Source: Octopus vulgaris
Lineage: Eukaryota
Assembly (NCBI GenBank): GCA_951406725.2
Contig: OX597818.1
Location: forward strand, 2,108,001 to 2,172,000
Length of the DNA: 64,000 bases
Reading direction: 5' to 3'
Part shown: in pieces, positions 39,518 to 52,105 of the stretch
How positions within the stretch are numbered: position 1 is the first letter of the stretch
Layout: each line of letters begins with the position of its first letter
The notes under the pieces: generated by a model
Seen by the model: the letters and a program-made list of their open reading frames with translations, nothing else
Told to the model about the DNA's origin: nothing
Databases searched by the model: none
Position numbers and translations under genes: made by a program

Positions 39518-40242
39518 TCTATATATATAAAAGAGGCTTTGGGTCAAAATTGTGTGCATGTTTTGCTACGCCAGAGGTTGGCGGCCACACCAGTGGTCAG
39601 ATCGAGCTGAAAATTGACACAAGCATAGAAGGCGTGATGAGACAGAGGGTTGAGTAGGTTAAAACTCGCCATCTGGAAAGATGCGTTGCTATGGTGAGAA
39701 GATTCAAGGAGGCTCTAAGCTCCTCCAGATTGGCGCGATTGGCATCTAATCCTATCTATAAAATGAAGAAGGCGAACGTTGATACAAATTGGATTTTATT
39801 GTAAAAAGGGGTCTAAATGGGGCTGGAAAGGGATTCAAATTTACAGGAGGGGGTAACTTGAGGAGAGAAATTGATTGGGAGACGTTTTGTGACGCTACAG
39901 TGGCTGCTTTGGTGTGAAAACTGGGATTTTATTGATTTTGGGGGACGCTTGGTGGTGAGATCAGACACCTTTTGCCTGATTTCAATCAAATTTTCAACAT
40001 GGTAAAGTGGAAGCGGATTTGTAATTTAAACACGGAAATCTTTTTTTTTTTTTATATAAATGGCAGAGAGATAGATAGAGAAAGATAAATAGTAAGAGAA
40101 AGCGGGGGAAAGTCCAAAAGGAAGAGTAAGAGAGTGGGAAAATGAGAAAGGATAGAGAAACATAGAGGGAGAATGTGGCGGTAAGAAACAGAAAGTAACA
40201 ACCACAACCTCACCCACACGTAGAGCAGGTCACTTAAGCAAG
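39518..40242 (+). mobile_element. Second Helitron abutting head-to-tail
   Basis: ...GCTAG|TCTATATATATAAAAG junction; ends acccacacgtagagcaggtcacttaagCAAG|T. Confidence 0.68.
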
Positions 40243-40903
40243 TCTTTACTATAATGTCAGAAACTTATTAAAGCAACCATGTAAGAGCTGCAAATATTTC
40301 CAAACTATTATTACAATTCTTTCTGTAGATCAAAGCAATTTTGGTGCTGTCTATGTTAAACATTTCACTGTATTTTCTATCTTCAGTCTTATCATATTTT
40401 TCTTCAAACTGGTATTGTTCATTGCACTAGTGCTGTTTCACAGGGGATTTCCAATAAGACGGACTGCTTCGATGAGAGTTCAGAGTGAGCGAAGTAACCA
40501 CGCGGCTAAGCCCACACACTTAGTGATGTCTCACCAACTGTCAAAATTTGGTATACCAGAAAGAAAAATACAATGATGCTACTTTATAACAAATCTACTT
40601 TGATTTATTTTTAATCATTTACACTTAGAACAATCAGTAAGCAGTTACTTAGTTCTCAGCAAATTGAGATCCTGTAAAACATACCTGTTATAATGGAGTC
40701 ATTTTCTAATGCCTTCTCCTGACTCACAGAAGAACTTCAGGAAAACTAACAAGCACAGCACTGCTTCTACATATGTCAGCCATTGTACTTGTAAATTATG
40801 GTCCAATTAAATGTCTAAGATGTGTTGTTGTTTTAAGATTATTAATTAATTAAAGTTGAAATTACTAGTGTAAAAACTTGCAATAATTATTACTCATTCA
40901 ACT

Positions 40904-41125
40904 AAGGTGGTGAGCTGGCAGAACCATTGGCATACTGACCAAAATGCTTTGCAGCATTACGTCTGCTTTTATGCTCTGAGTTCAAATTCCACCAAGTTCA
41001 ACTTTGCCTTTCATCCTTTCGAGGTTGATAAATTAAGTACTAATTGAGCACTGGGTTCGATGTAATCACCTAACCCTTTCCCCAGAAAATTTCAAGCCTT
41101 GTGCCCATTGTAAACAGGATTATTA
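40904..41125 (+). mobile_element. tRNA-derived SINE with Meta/MESC-like central domain
   Basis: ggtgagctggcaga head, gagttcaaattcc B-box, gcctttcatcctttcgaggttgataaattaagtac core, short att tail. Confidence 0.7.
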
Positions 41126-41807
41126 TAATTCATTTAACTGTGATTCATAAAGTGCTGCTTTATAAAGTCAAAGTAAAAAAAAACATTTACCAGTATGTTT
41201 ATAATTGAACAATTCACACAACTTTAATGTAGAACTGCAGGAGTTAAATCATCTTTATCTTTTCTGAGAGACTGACAAATTCAGAACATTATTTAGTATG
41301 GAGAAGTAGCAACCCATTGATAGATATTTCTGATTAAAACTTATACCTCACATACCTGAATCAGAAGTATATTATTTAATACATCATAGAACATGCAACT
41401 TAATTTTATATTTTTTTTAAAATTAGCTTTTTAGCTTTGTTCTAAAATATATTTTAAAATGAAATAAATACTTCTTAAGGATAATTTATCTGGGGCCAAT
41501 GAGGCATTTTCTTAAACAGAATTTACACAGAGGGTTTTGAAGATTAAGTGTGGCCACATTCTTCTCATCTTCCAATTGTAATTTAGGGGTGATTATTAAT
41601 GTAGTGGGTCTGTCATAAATTTGTTGTTGGTAGCATAAAAATTTAGGTAGGCTATGTGTGAAGGTGATAAAGCCCACACACTTGTATAAATTTTCAATTT
41701 TTCTTTTATTACTAGGAACATTTGCATTTACATAGGTACAACAATTTTTGAATAATATGGTGTAAATGAAATAGTGAGTGTAATAGTTAAAGATTTTCAT
41801 TGTATAA

Positions 41808-42350
41808 AATCATCATCATCATCATCATCATCATTTAGTATCCATTTTCCATGCTGGCATAGGTAAGATGGTTTGACTGGAGCTGGAAAGCAAGAGAGCT
41901 GCACCAGACTCCAATCCCTTACTAATGCCAACCATTCCACAGAGTGTAATGGATGTCTTTTATGTGCCACTAGCATAGGGGCCTCTTGCATATCACCAGC
42001 ATGGGTGCCTTTCACATGTCACTGGCACTGGCCATGACTACAATTTCACTTGGCTTGACATGTCTTTTCAAGCAAAGCAAATTGCTAAAAATCTCAGTCA
42101 CTTGTCATCGCCTCCATGAGACTCAAAATCTGAAGATCATATTTTACCACCTCATCCCACATCTTCCTGAGTCTATCTCTTCCACAGGTTTCCTCCACAA
42201 TTAGAGATCAGTACTTCTTTACACAGCTGTCCTTGTCCATATCCATCACATGATCATATTAATGCAGTCTTCTCTCTTGAGAAGAGGCAAATATCTTATG
42301 CTTCTTATACCCAATTTTTTCTCTTAAGACACTTACACTCTGTTGTACAT
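41808..42350 (-). mobile_element. RTE LINE 3' fragment
   Basis: (CAT)n tail and similarity to 29960-31030. Confidence 0.75.
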
Positions 42351-42788
42351 GACCAATATGGTTAAATTGTCACTTCCACAAAATAGCTTATGTCATTTTC
42401 CAAGTTTCCAGTGTTTGAGTTTCAACATAGGATTTGTTGATGGAATTCCTTTTCACCCTTCAATGTACCTCAAGGATTCAACTATGATGTCTTTCAAATA
42501 CATTAACTACTTTGACATTTGCCTATTTGATGCTACCTATAAGGACTATAGGCACCTCTGTTCTTCCTCACATTAATTACAATTTTTAAATAATCATTTT
42601 TTATGTTTTGATTCTCTCTTTTATTGCTAAAATGCTATCATATTTTAAAAGGCTTCCCACCACCACCACCAATGTTATTTCTTATTATGTAAGTTAAAGT
42701 CTTAAATTTACCATTTAAACAAGTTTAAATCAATTCACTAGTGGCAAGAATTATTAAAATTCTTGTGAATGGTAAACTAAAGGTCTAT

Positions 42789-43104
42789 TTAACCATTTTG
42801 TTGTCATATTTCTGTTGAAACAGACTACCTTTGCTTACATTTAATTTTGAAATAACAAAATAATTAATAAAATAATTGCAATGAAACCATCCTGTATATA
42901 CTTGCCCAGTGCCTGAGTAGTGCTGACTTGTGGGTTTATGGTGAACAGCTACCATCATGTGATGTCACTAGTAGGTGGTGTTTGGGACATTATTTAACTA
43001 ATGTGAAATTTTGATGGAAGGTCTAAATTTAGATCACATTACAATGGAAAGTTTGTATCATAGAACCTGATGAGGTTCAGCTGGGTTAGTATCAAAAGGG
43101 TTAA
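42789..43104. mobile_element. Short MITE-like element with TTAA ends
   Basis: ttaaccatttt...aaaagggttaa imperfect terminal inverted repeats. Confidence 0.5.
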
Positions 43105-43209
43105 ATGTAAGATGGAATAAATGAATCAAATTGCCTGTTTGAAATATGTGGAGCATGCTAACTTGAATGAATTCTATTTTTATTTTAATGGTTGTCTTTT
43201 CTTAAACAG

Positions 43210-43282
43210 ATGGGTTGAAAACAAAACTTTTGATGAAGGACTTAAGGAAATGCAGATATATATTGCTCATGTCTTTAAAGGG
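43210..43282 (+). CDS. M12B metalloprotease exon E
   Basis: cttaaacag acceptor, gtcagt donor, 73 nt, phase 2/0; WVENKTFDEGLKEMQIYIAHVFKG. Confidence 0.85.
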
Positions 43283-43489
43283 GTCAGTTTCAACAATTTG
43301 TTTTCTTCAATGTCTTATTAATGTAAAGTGAAATAAAGACAGAAAGTGGTGGATATTTGTGATAATGTATATAATCATTTAGCAAATAGATTTATGGCAA
43401 TAAGATATAATATATTTAATTATATTTATTGTATGATCAGTATAGGTATAAAGAAAGATAAGAGTAAGATGTAAAGTTGCAGATAGAGA

Positions 43490-43797
43490 AGTGAAGGTGG
43501 AGATATGACAGTGGAGGGGGAGACGTGAGAGTAGTGGTATAGATGTGAAAGTGGAGGGAGATACGCAAGAGTGGAAGGGTGATGAGAGGATGATGGGGAG
43601 ACGTGAGTGAAAGCAGAGTTGTGAGAGTGGAAGGAGACACAAGAGAGTGAAGGAAGAGAGGTGAAAATGGACGGGTAATGCGAGAGTGGAGGGAAGATGT
43701 GAGAGTGAAGGAGAATATGTGAGAGTGGAGAGAGATATGTGAGAGTGGAAGAGTGATGTGAAGAAGATGGGGAGAAGTGAGAGTGGAGGTAGAGATG
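43490..43797. repeat. Purine-rich minisatellite (gtgagagtggag-like units)
   Basis: Repeated degenerate units in the intron between exons E and F. Confidence 0.8.
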
Positions 43798-43868
43798 TTA
43801 GTTTTCAATTTTTTGTGTATTTTTAAATATATGTTACATCAATAAAAGTCATAAATTTATTTTCTTAG

Positions 43869-43946
43869 ATTGACAATTTGTACAGAAATATACAAGACAA
43901 GGATGTTAGTTTTTCTGTCAAGCTGATGGGTATTGTCGTGCTTCAA
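43869..43946 (+). CDS. M12B metalloprotease exon F
   Basis: tttcttag acceptor, gtaagt donor, 78 nt, phase 0/0; IDNLYRNIQDKDVSFSVKLMGIVVLQ (reprolysin helix followed by beta strand). Confidence 0.87.
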
Positions 43947-44479
43947 GTAAGTATCAACATTTTTTTTTACTTTAGGTTAGGAACACATTCCACTGGTCAG
44001 ATGCACTATTTGCTATCATCACTCAATTAGTGGGGGACTGGGCATGCCATGTCTGATGATTCACAGTTACATGCTGAGGCTGCAATATCTCCAGCAGTTC
44101 ATCAATGATGAACAGGTATAATCACCACTTTTCATTTCCACAAATTGTCTCTTTAAGAGAGTTGCAGTCCTGGATCAAGCAGTGCTACTGGAGAACATTG
44201 CCAGTTCAAGATAAACTCTAAAAGTAGAGAAATACTAACAGATGGGTTTGCCTAGAATGCCTGCATTGCAATGAAACCATCTTGTATATACTTGCCCAGT
44301 GCCTGAGTAGTGCTGACTTGTGGGTTTATGCTGAACAGCTACCATCATGTGCTGTCACTAGTAGGTGATAAAACATTCAATGACAATGCTGAAAAGTGAA
44401 GAACTGGTGCTCATACTAGTCTGTCTTGGCTGTAGAGTTGTTGCAAAATAGTTGACATCCTTCCAGAAATCCACATGTG

Positions 44480-44700
44480 CTTTATAAACTGCTCATGGAA
44501 ACCTCTTTACTAACAACTCAGCCAAAATGTCAAAGTCTGTGTTCAGCAGCATCAGAGACCTAAAATTTTCTATTTGATTTCCCCCTTGTTAGGGTCCTTT
44601 CTCAGGAGTGTCACTACTCCATAACTCACAAAACTAGGAATTCTCTTATTCTGCTACCAGTCACTATAGATATCTGCTAAGGTACTGCCAAACAAGTTTG
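44480..44700 (-). mobile_element. L1/Tx1-like RT fragment
   Basis: Minus strand GVVTLLRKDPNKG..ENFRSLMLLNTDFDILA. Confidence 0.55.
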
Positions 44701-44719
44701 GCATATAAAAGTAAAGCTT

Positions 44720-45250
44720 GTAGGGCAGACCATCCAAACCATGCAAATAGACAAGACATTATATTGAAGGATTACAGACAAAAATTATGCCTCCTCATTA
44801 ATGTAACTGTCCTAATCGACCTAACCCTAACCATAACCCTAAATGTACCTGTCAAGATCTACCAAAACCTGAGCAAGTATAAAGATCGTGAAGCAGAAAT
44901 TGGTAGAATGTGGAACCTCAAGACTAAAACAATACATGTTGTCATAAGTTCTCCAGCAATGATAGCAAAAGGGGCTGATTGCTACCTATCCCAGATACCA
45001 GGAAATCCAAATATGGAGGAAATGGCACCCTAGTCATAACACCAACTCGAACTTCTAACTAGTTGTCTCTTGAGGTCTTTGGGTGAGACTTGGAATTAAC
45101 TTGTACAAATAGAAAGCAAAAACCAAACATATCATAATAATAATAATATACAGAAAATAGCACCACTCTTATGAATATATATGATGTACAGAAAATACCA
45201 CTACTAGGCACTGCACACATCCTTCGTAAAGCACTTTCAATACAGTGAAA
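44720..45250 (+). mobile_element. R4/Dong-like 3' endonuclease fragments
   Basis: NRQDIILKD...CLLINVTV...KYKD.EAEIGRMWNL; QKIPLLGTAHILRKAL. Confidence 0.7.
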
Positions 45251-45664
45251 AAGACAACACTAAAACAAACCACAGTACATACCCACAGCACACAGAGCTG
45301 CACTCAGTAGTGCAGTGAACACATGCCATAAAAATAAGACTACTGAATAACAATGATTGACTCTTCTGTCAAAGATGAGGAATAAGTGTTAAGCTTTTGC
45401 CAAACAACCTGCACAAAGGATTTATTTATAGTGATCAAATGTATGTGCTGTACATTAGTTCACTCCCTCCATCAAATCAACTTCACCTGAACAGGTGCAC
45501 AACATACTATATATCAGGTGTTGAAGTGATTGCAAAACAATGAAGGTGAAGTGTTTTGCTCAAGAACATGCCACACCATCCAGTCTTGGTATTGAAATCA
45601 CAATCTCACAATTGTGAGTGCAATACCCTTACCAATAGGCCATGCACCCTCAATAATAATAATC

Positions 45665-45696
<32 letters not shown>

Positions 45697-45697
<1 letters not shown>

Positions 45698-48300
45698 TCA
45701 TAGCTAACATAGTAAGTAACAAGCAAAAACTGAAGATATAAAAGCAAATGAATGGAAAGAACTAAACTGGAAGAAGAGAACATGAATGAAACTGGAGTAA
45801 TTGAATAGGATAATGAGAGGGGAGCAGTAAACAGAAAATTGTATGGACAGTACAGGTTAGAAGAAATGGGAAAACAAAAAGTACATGAACAATTGACACA
45901 AAAAAGTGACAGTATTAAAGGCCAACTTGAAAAGATATGATGCTAGTTGCAAAGGTTTCAAACAGAATAGACTGTTCCAATCAAATAGAAGGCATCAATT
46001 TGAGGGAAAAAAATGAGGCCAACACCAGAAACTGATTCCAGTTGCGGAAGAAAGTAAAGAATTTGGGGGAATGCTGTAGAACAGACTGGCAAAACAAATA
46101 AAGTGCAGAGTAGCTAACAAAGGTGGAAAGGCAACTTGCAGCTGTACCAAGACAAAGGACATCAGAATTTATCTATATACAGTGAGACAGAAGTTTAAAA
46201 AAATTGCAAATTGGAAAGGACCAGGCTCAGATGAAGTACAAAGCTTTTGGCTGAAGAACTTCACACACTTACATGAAAGGATCGCTGTGCAACTTGATGA
46301 TTGCTTGCAGCATGGTCATATTCCTGCCTGGATGACAAGTGGATGAATGCTGCTATACTGCATGGATACCTTGAAAAGGCACTTGGCATAAAAATTTTGG
46401 CCTATAACCTGTTACCACTAGTGTAGATGCTTATGACCGGTGTCTTGGTGCAAGAGTTATACAACCATCTGGAAAGTAACAATCTGTTCCAGAAGAACAG
46501 AAAGAATGCAGGAAACAAAGTAGGGGAAAAAAGGTCACTTAATAGTTGATAAAATGATAATTAGAAATTGTATATGAAGATTGATGGGGCTAAAGTTAGT
46601 GCGGCTAGATTACAAAAAAAGCATATGACATGGTACCATACATTTGGATAAGTTTATCAATGAGCATGTTTGGAATAGCAAAAAACATGGAGAAAATGCT
46701 TACTGAAAGTATGAAACATTGGAATACTGAACTAATTGGAAGAAAACAAAAATTCAGAAAAGTGAACATCAGATGTGGAACATCAGATGTGGTGATAGCT
46801 TATCTCTATTACTATTTGTATTGGCCATGATACTGCTCACTTTGATACTGCAAAAAGTTAAAATTGCTTACGATTTGCGAAAAGGAAATGGTCTGATAAA
46901 TCATCACTTTTCCATGGATGATATAAAGGTTTATGTGAAAACTGAGAAACAGCTTAAAAGTATTGTATGTACTATCTGCATTTCCTCAAATGACATAGGT
47001 ATGGAATTTGGGATAGAAAAGTGTGCTATATTGAGAATGAAATGAGGAAGATTTGAAAGAAGCCAGGGAATTGAAATGCCAAATGGACAAACAATGAGAG
47101 TGGTTGAGAAAGGACAGTAGTATAAGTACTTGGGAATACTGGAAGCAGACGAAAGAAAAAAAATGAAGAAATGAAACAAATTACCAGTAGTGAGTAAACA
47201 AGGAGAGTAAGAAAATTATTACTGTCAAAGCTGAATTCCAAAAATCTCATTGAAGCAGTAAATTCAAGAGCAGTACCCTGATTTAGATATGGAGTTGGAA
47301 TTATAGACTGGACCAAAAACAATATAAATAAACTTGACAGAAAAACTAGAAAGTTGTTGACAATATATGGAGCCCCTCATCCGAAAGCTAATGTCAACTG
47401 GCTGTACTTGAGGAGGGACCAGGGTGGAAGAGACTTAATAGCAGTAGAAGAATGTGTACAAATGGAAAGAAAAAGCCTAGTAGAGTATTTACCGAGCAGC
47501 ACAGAAAAACTACTAAAGGCAGTTAATAAAGAACAGGTGTTGAAGGGCATAATAGGAGAAAAGGATGAAATACAAAGAGAGCAAGTCAGGCAGATCGAAG
47601 AGAAACCTTGGCATGGCCAATTTTGGAGATGTATGTGGAACAAAATCCTGGGCTTGATTAAAAAAGGGGCAATTAAAAAAGGAAACAGGGAGCCTAATTG
47701 TAGCAGCCCAATTTAAGCATTAAAAACAAACAACTTGAGAAAAAATGTATATAGAGAGAATGTATCAGAAAAATGTAGAGCCTGTGGAACTTGGAACGAG
47801 ACAGTGGCACACTTTGTGACAGAATGCCCCTAGTTGGCACAGGAAGAATATAAGAAATGGAGGCACGACCAGGTTGTAAAAGTTTTACACTGGAAAATGT
47901 GCCAGAAATGGGAATTTGAAGCTGGAAATACATGGTGCAATCATTGAGTTGAAAGAATACTGGAGTCGGAGAAATGTAAGATTTTGTGGGACATTATTTA
48001 CATTCGACGGATATTTTCCCTTATCTTGTTTGTTGTTAACACAACTTTTCGGCTGATATAGCCTCCAGCCTTCATCAGGTGTTTTGGGGAAATTTCGAAC
48101 CTGGGTTTTTATTCCTAAGGTATTTTTCGATGTTATTATTGTTATTGTTTAGGTCACTGCTTGGAATCGAACTTGGTATCTTGGGGGTTAGTAGCTTGCG
48201 CTCTTAACCACTATGCTATATGCCCGTGATGTAGTGGTTAAGAGCGCAGGCTACTAACCCCAAGATTCCGAGTTCGATTCCAAGCAGTGACCTGAACAAT

Positions 48301-48333
<33 letters not shown>

Positions 48334-48975
48334 AATAATAATAATAATAATAATGATAACATCGAAAAATACCTTAGGAATGAGAACCCAGGTTTGAAAT
48401 TTCCACAAGACACCTGGAGAAGGCTGGAGGGTATATCAGCCAAAACGTTGTGTTAACAACAAACAAAATGAGGACAAATATCCATCGAATGTAAATAATG
48501 TACATAATTCCTCATCTCTTAAATTGTGGGACTTTCCTATTCAAACAGACAAGAAACTTCTTGACAATTATTGATAAGGAAAAGTGAAGTTGCTTATTAA
48601 TTGACCTATCGTGCCCGTTTGATTCCAGGACTGTAAAGAAAGAAGAAAAACAAGATAAATACAAACCATTAAAAACTGAAATAGGAAGAATTTGGTGCAT
48701 GAGAACAGTAAAGGTCATGCCTATAATAATTGGTGCATTGGAAACAGTAAGCAAAGATATAGACAAATGGCTGAAGGAGATTGAAATGGAATGCCTGAGA
48801 TTGAAATAGAATGCCTACGGAAAGTTTGTCTCTTAGGGACAGCAAGGATTATCAGGAGGGTTCTAAGCACTTGAAAGACTGCTGAAAATTTGTGAATACC
48901 TAAGGTTACAGGTAGTAACCTGCAACCCACATTAATCCTACAAGAAATAAGGCCGAACCTGAGCCAAACTAAAAT
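45697..48975 (+). mobile_element. Decayed R4/Dong-clade non-LTR retrotransposon next to (AAT)n
   Basis: NWKGPGSD, WLDYKKAYDMVPH, GDSLSLLLF, SMDDIK, GMEFGIEKCA, YKYLGI, CCHC finger CRACG..NETVAH.VTEC..RHD, ILWDFPIQTD, PIIIGAL. Confidence 0.9.
47993..48523. mobile_element. Head-to-head inverted dimer of the tRNA-head/hammerhead PLE end, with 9-bp TSD
   Basis: Left arm (minus) and right arm (plus) both match 179-470; ttgtgggac duplicated at 47984-47992 and 48524-48532, splitting the host ILWD|FP motif. Confidence 0.85.
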
Positions 48976-49584
48976 GGTAATAATTATAATATTGTGGTTA
49001 TTGTTGTTATACTAATTTAATTCCTTGGTAATTATGCACCCTTTTTCATCTTTGATACAGCTACTCTCAGTTTTGATATGAATTTATTCTCCTAAATAAA
49101 TTATGCCAGGGTTATAAAGGATCTGTTGTTGGACAAGTGTCATAGTTTGTTTCTTGATCATAATTGTGTGATTCAGTCAAGTCATGAGTTTGGTGGCCCG
49201 CTTTGCCCCAAAATACAATATAAAACTTGCTATGTGTTACAAAACCAAAATGCATGTGAATGTATACATGTGCATCCACATATGCACACATGCATGTATA
49301 CTGAGCTACAGACATTCACATACAAAAGGATATTCCAAATAAATTGGAATTTTGTGATATCATTTACAGTATCAAAGACCTTTGTTAAATCAATGAATAC
49401 CTGAACAAGATCCATATTCTGACTACATGCTTCCAACCCATCAGGTCTGCATGCTTCACCACCTTCCCATTGCCGCAGGACTTCTGAATAAAAAAATTAA
49501 AATATATACTAAAAATGAAGAGAATATATACTAAAAATAAGATAAATATATACTAAAAAAAAATGCACTTATCGAGCAGAGGTC

Positions 49585-50090
49585 GGCAATGCCTGTGCAG
49601 AGTTTTAGGTCCAATAAGTCTTGCACAACACCTCATAGACCCTCTCTACTTTATTGACATTATCCAGAGACACGCCAGAGCAAGATGTCTGGTGCCAATA
49701 TGAGTCGCAGGCTCAGGGATGTGGGAGCGCCGTGATCTCTAGCACAAACCAAAGATCCCCAAAATGTCCAATGCCATTCCCTGCATATCTGGTTTTATAT
49801 CAGAGTGACCTTCTCCTAGAGACCTGCTTTAACAAAAGCTGAGGGGCACTTCACTCCCAGTGGTCTTTCAGCACGCCGGACACCATCCCGGAATTTCTGC
49901 GTACCTGTGCTAACATTTATTGGATGGCCGTTGACTCTTAAGAGGTCCTCCACCCTTTGGCGGGTTTTGTTTTACATCCCGCACCAAGAAAGCTTGGTGG
50001 GGTTGCCGGTTTAGTCGCTGACGACCCGACCATGCAACAGGTTGTACTGGGTTACATGTTACATGTTACCAGTAGCACTCGAAAGTGACC
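49585..50090 (-). mobile_element. RTE-related 5' UTR / non-autonomous element
   Basis: Shares the 5' end and gcaatgcctgtgcag with 14993-15421; ctaggagaaggtcactctgatataaaacc; abuts (TACA)n. Confidence 0.55.
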
Positions 50091-50211
50091 TGACATACAT
50101 GCATACATACATACATATATACATATATACATACATACATACATTCATACATACAAAGGAGATGCCCCCTTAAAAAACAATTTTTACATTTGAGTATGTC
50201 TTCTTTTCCAG

Positions 50212-50345
50212 GGTAATGCTGATAAACATTATCTGAAAGATCAAACGGGCAAAATTTATATCAATGGTACTCACACGCTGAAAATTCTCACTGAAGAAGT
50301 GGAAAATTATTTCTCAAGTTTTGACCACGTCGTTATGTTTTCACC
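50212..50345 (+). CDS. M12B metalloprotease exon G
   Basis: ttcttttccag acceptor, gtaagt donor, 134 nt, phase 0/2; GNADKHYLKDQTGKIYINGTHTLKILTEEVENYFSSFDHVVMFSP (FDHVVMFS resembles the HDxAxLxT strand). Confidence 0.83.
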
Positions 50346-50769
50346 GTAAGTTGAAGACTTTCTTTCACATTAGAAGAAATCAATATACTTTATGGAATTA
50401 ACTCTTTCATATTTCTGATTTAAAAAGTAAATACCAGTTATAAACTAGTGGGAAGATAAAATAAAATTGTGGTTTTATTTCTGTTTGAAATCTATATGAA
50501 GTTCACTGGAATTTGTCACATTCTTCAAATAATGTAAGAATTTGTTATTTTAGATATTTCTGTTATTTTGTCTTTACTATGTTTATTTCTAGATAATTTA
50601 ATCTCACACTGCTCTGCAATCACTTTGACACCTGACAAGTTTTACACAATGCACCTGTTCAGGCAATGTCAATTTGATGGAGGGAGAAATATATATATAT
50701 ATTTCAGGAGAGTCCATCATATATGTATATGTATATATCAATATCTATACCTATACATAAATATATATA

Positions 50770-51522
50770 TATATTGGAAGGGTTGGAGATGATGTACAGG
50801 TATTTTATATTAGAAGAAATGAGGTACTCAGAAAATCGGATGGTTTTATATTTACAGATATTTATTTGTATATTTCATGTTTTTATACATCTTATAACTT
50901 AGATCATGTATTAGCGCTTTCTCCCATTCTAGTGGGGTTTCCAAATCAAACTAAGTTCCTGTGTGAAAAGTTTTGACCATTTTATAGTGGTATTGAGTTT
51001 GTAGTGGTGGGGAGGAATATAAGACAGTACAAGAGGGTGATGGATGAGGAGAAAGTGAGAGAGAGAGCATGTGTGTGTGTGTGTGTGTGTGTGCGTGTGT
51101 GTGTGTTTTTGTATTTGGAATGAGTGCTAAAGAAAAAGAGGGGAAGGGAGAGGGAAGAAGAAGAAAAGAATTTTTTTGCTCTGCTGGACAGGATGCTTAC
51201 TCCAAGGGGGTTCTAAGATCTTGGGGAAAAAGAATTTCAGTTTTGACCATTTCATAGTGTTATTGAGTGTGTGGTGGCGGGGAGGTAGACCATAAATTAT
51301 ATTTCTTTTTATCATTGTGAGAGTGTGTGTGTGTGTGTGTGTGTGTGTTTAATGAGGGATGGTCAAATGGTTTTTTTGGTTGAGAGAAGAAGAATTCTTT
51401 TTATGATTGTTTTGTGGAGGTGTGTGTGTGTGTTTAATGAGGGTGTGTCTGTGTTGGTTTTTGAAAATACAACATTGAACAAAGGCTAAAAATAGGAGAA
51501 ATAATTGTGTTGATATTTATAC

Positions 51523-51586
<64 letters not shown>

Positions 51587-51823
51587 TAGAAAAAAAACAC
51601 ATTTTATCAATTCAAAATGAATAATTAAATTACACCATCTAGAAAATTACATATCATAGAAAAATTAAAATAACAATTAAAAAGTAAAGATTAAGTAAAT
51701 TACAAAAATAATATAATGTATATAATAGGTAATATATATATAGTAGGAAGTTTTTGAAATTTTACTCATCATACATTGAATGACAAATCTTTCAATTTAC
51801 AATTTAATATAGTGGAGCATTTA

Positions 51824-51903
<80 letters not shown>

Positions 51904-52045
51904 ATTATATACATTATATTATTTTTGTAATTTACTTAGTCTTTACTTTTTAATTGTTATTTTAATTTTAATTTTTCTATATGTAATTTTCTAGATGGTG
52001 TAATTTAATTATTCATTTTGAATTGATAAAATATATTTTTTTCTA

Positions 52046-52105
<60 letters not shown>

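Noticed and set aside
48223-48296. Functional tRNA gene
   Set aside because: Acceptor stem incomplete and embedded in a multi-copy mobile module; treated as a tRNA-derived head.
50592-50662. Possible next protease exon after a good polypyrimidine/AG
   Set aside because: In the required phase it yields an immediate stop (CCA TAA) and shows no reprolysin motif.
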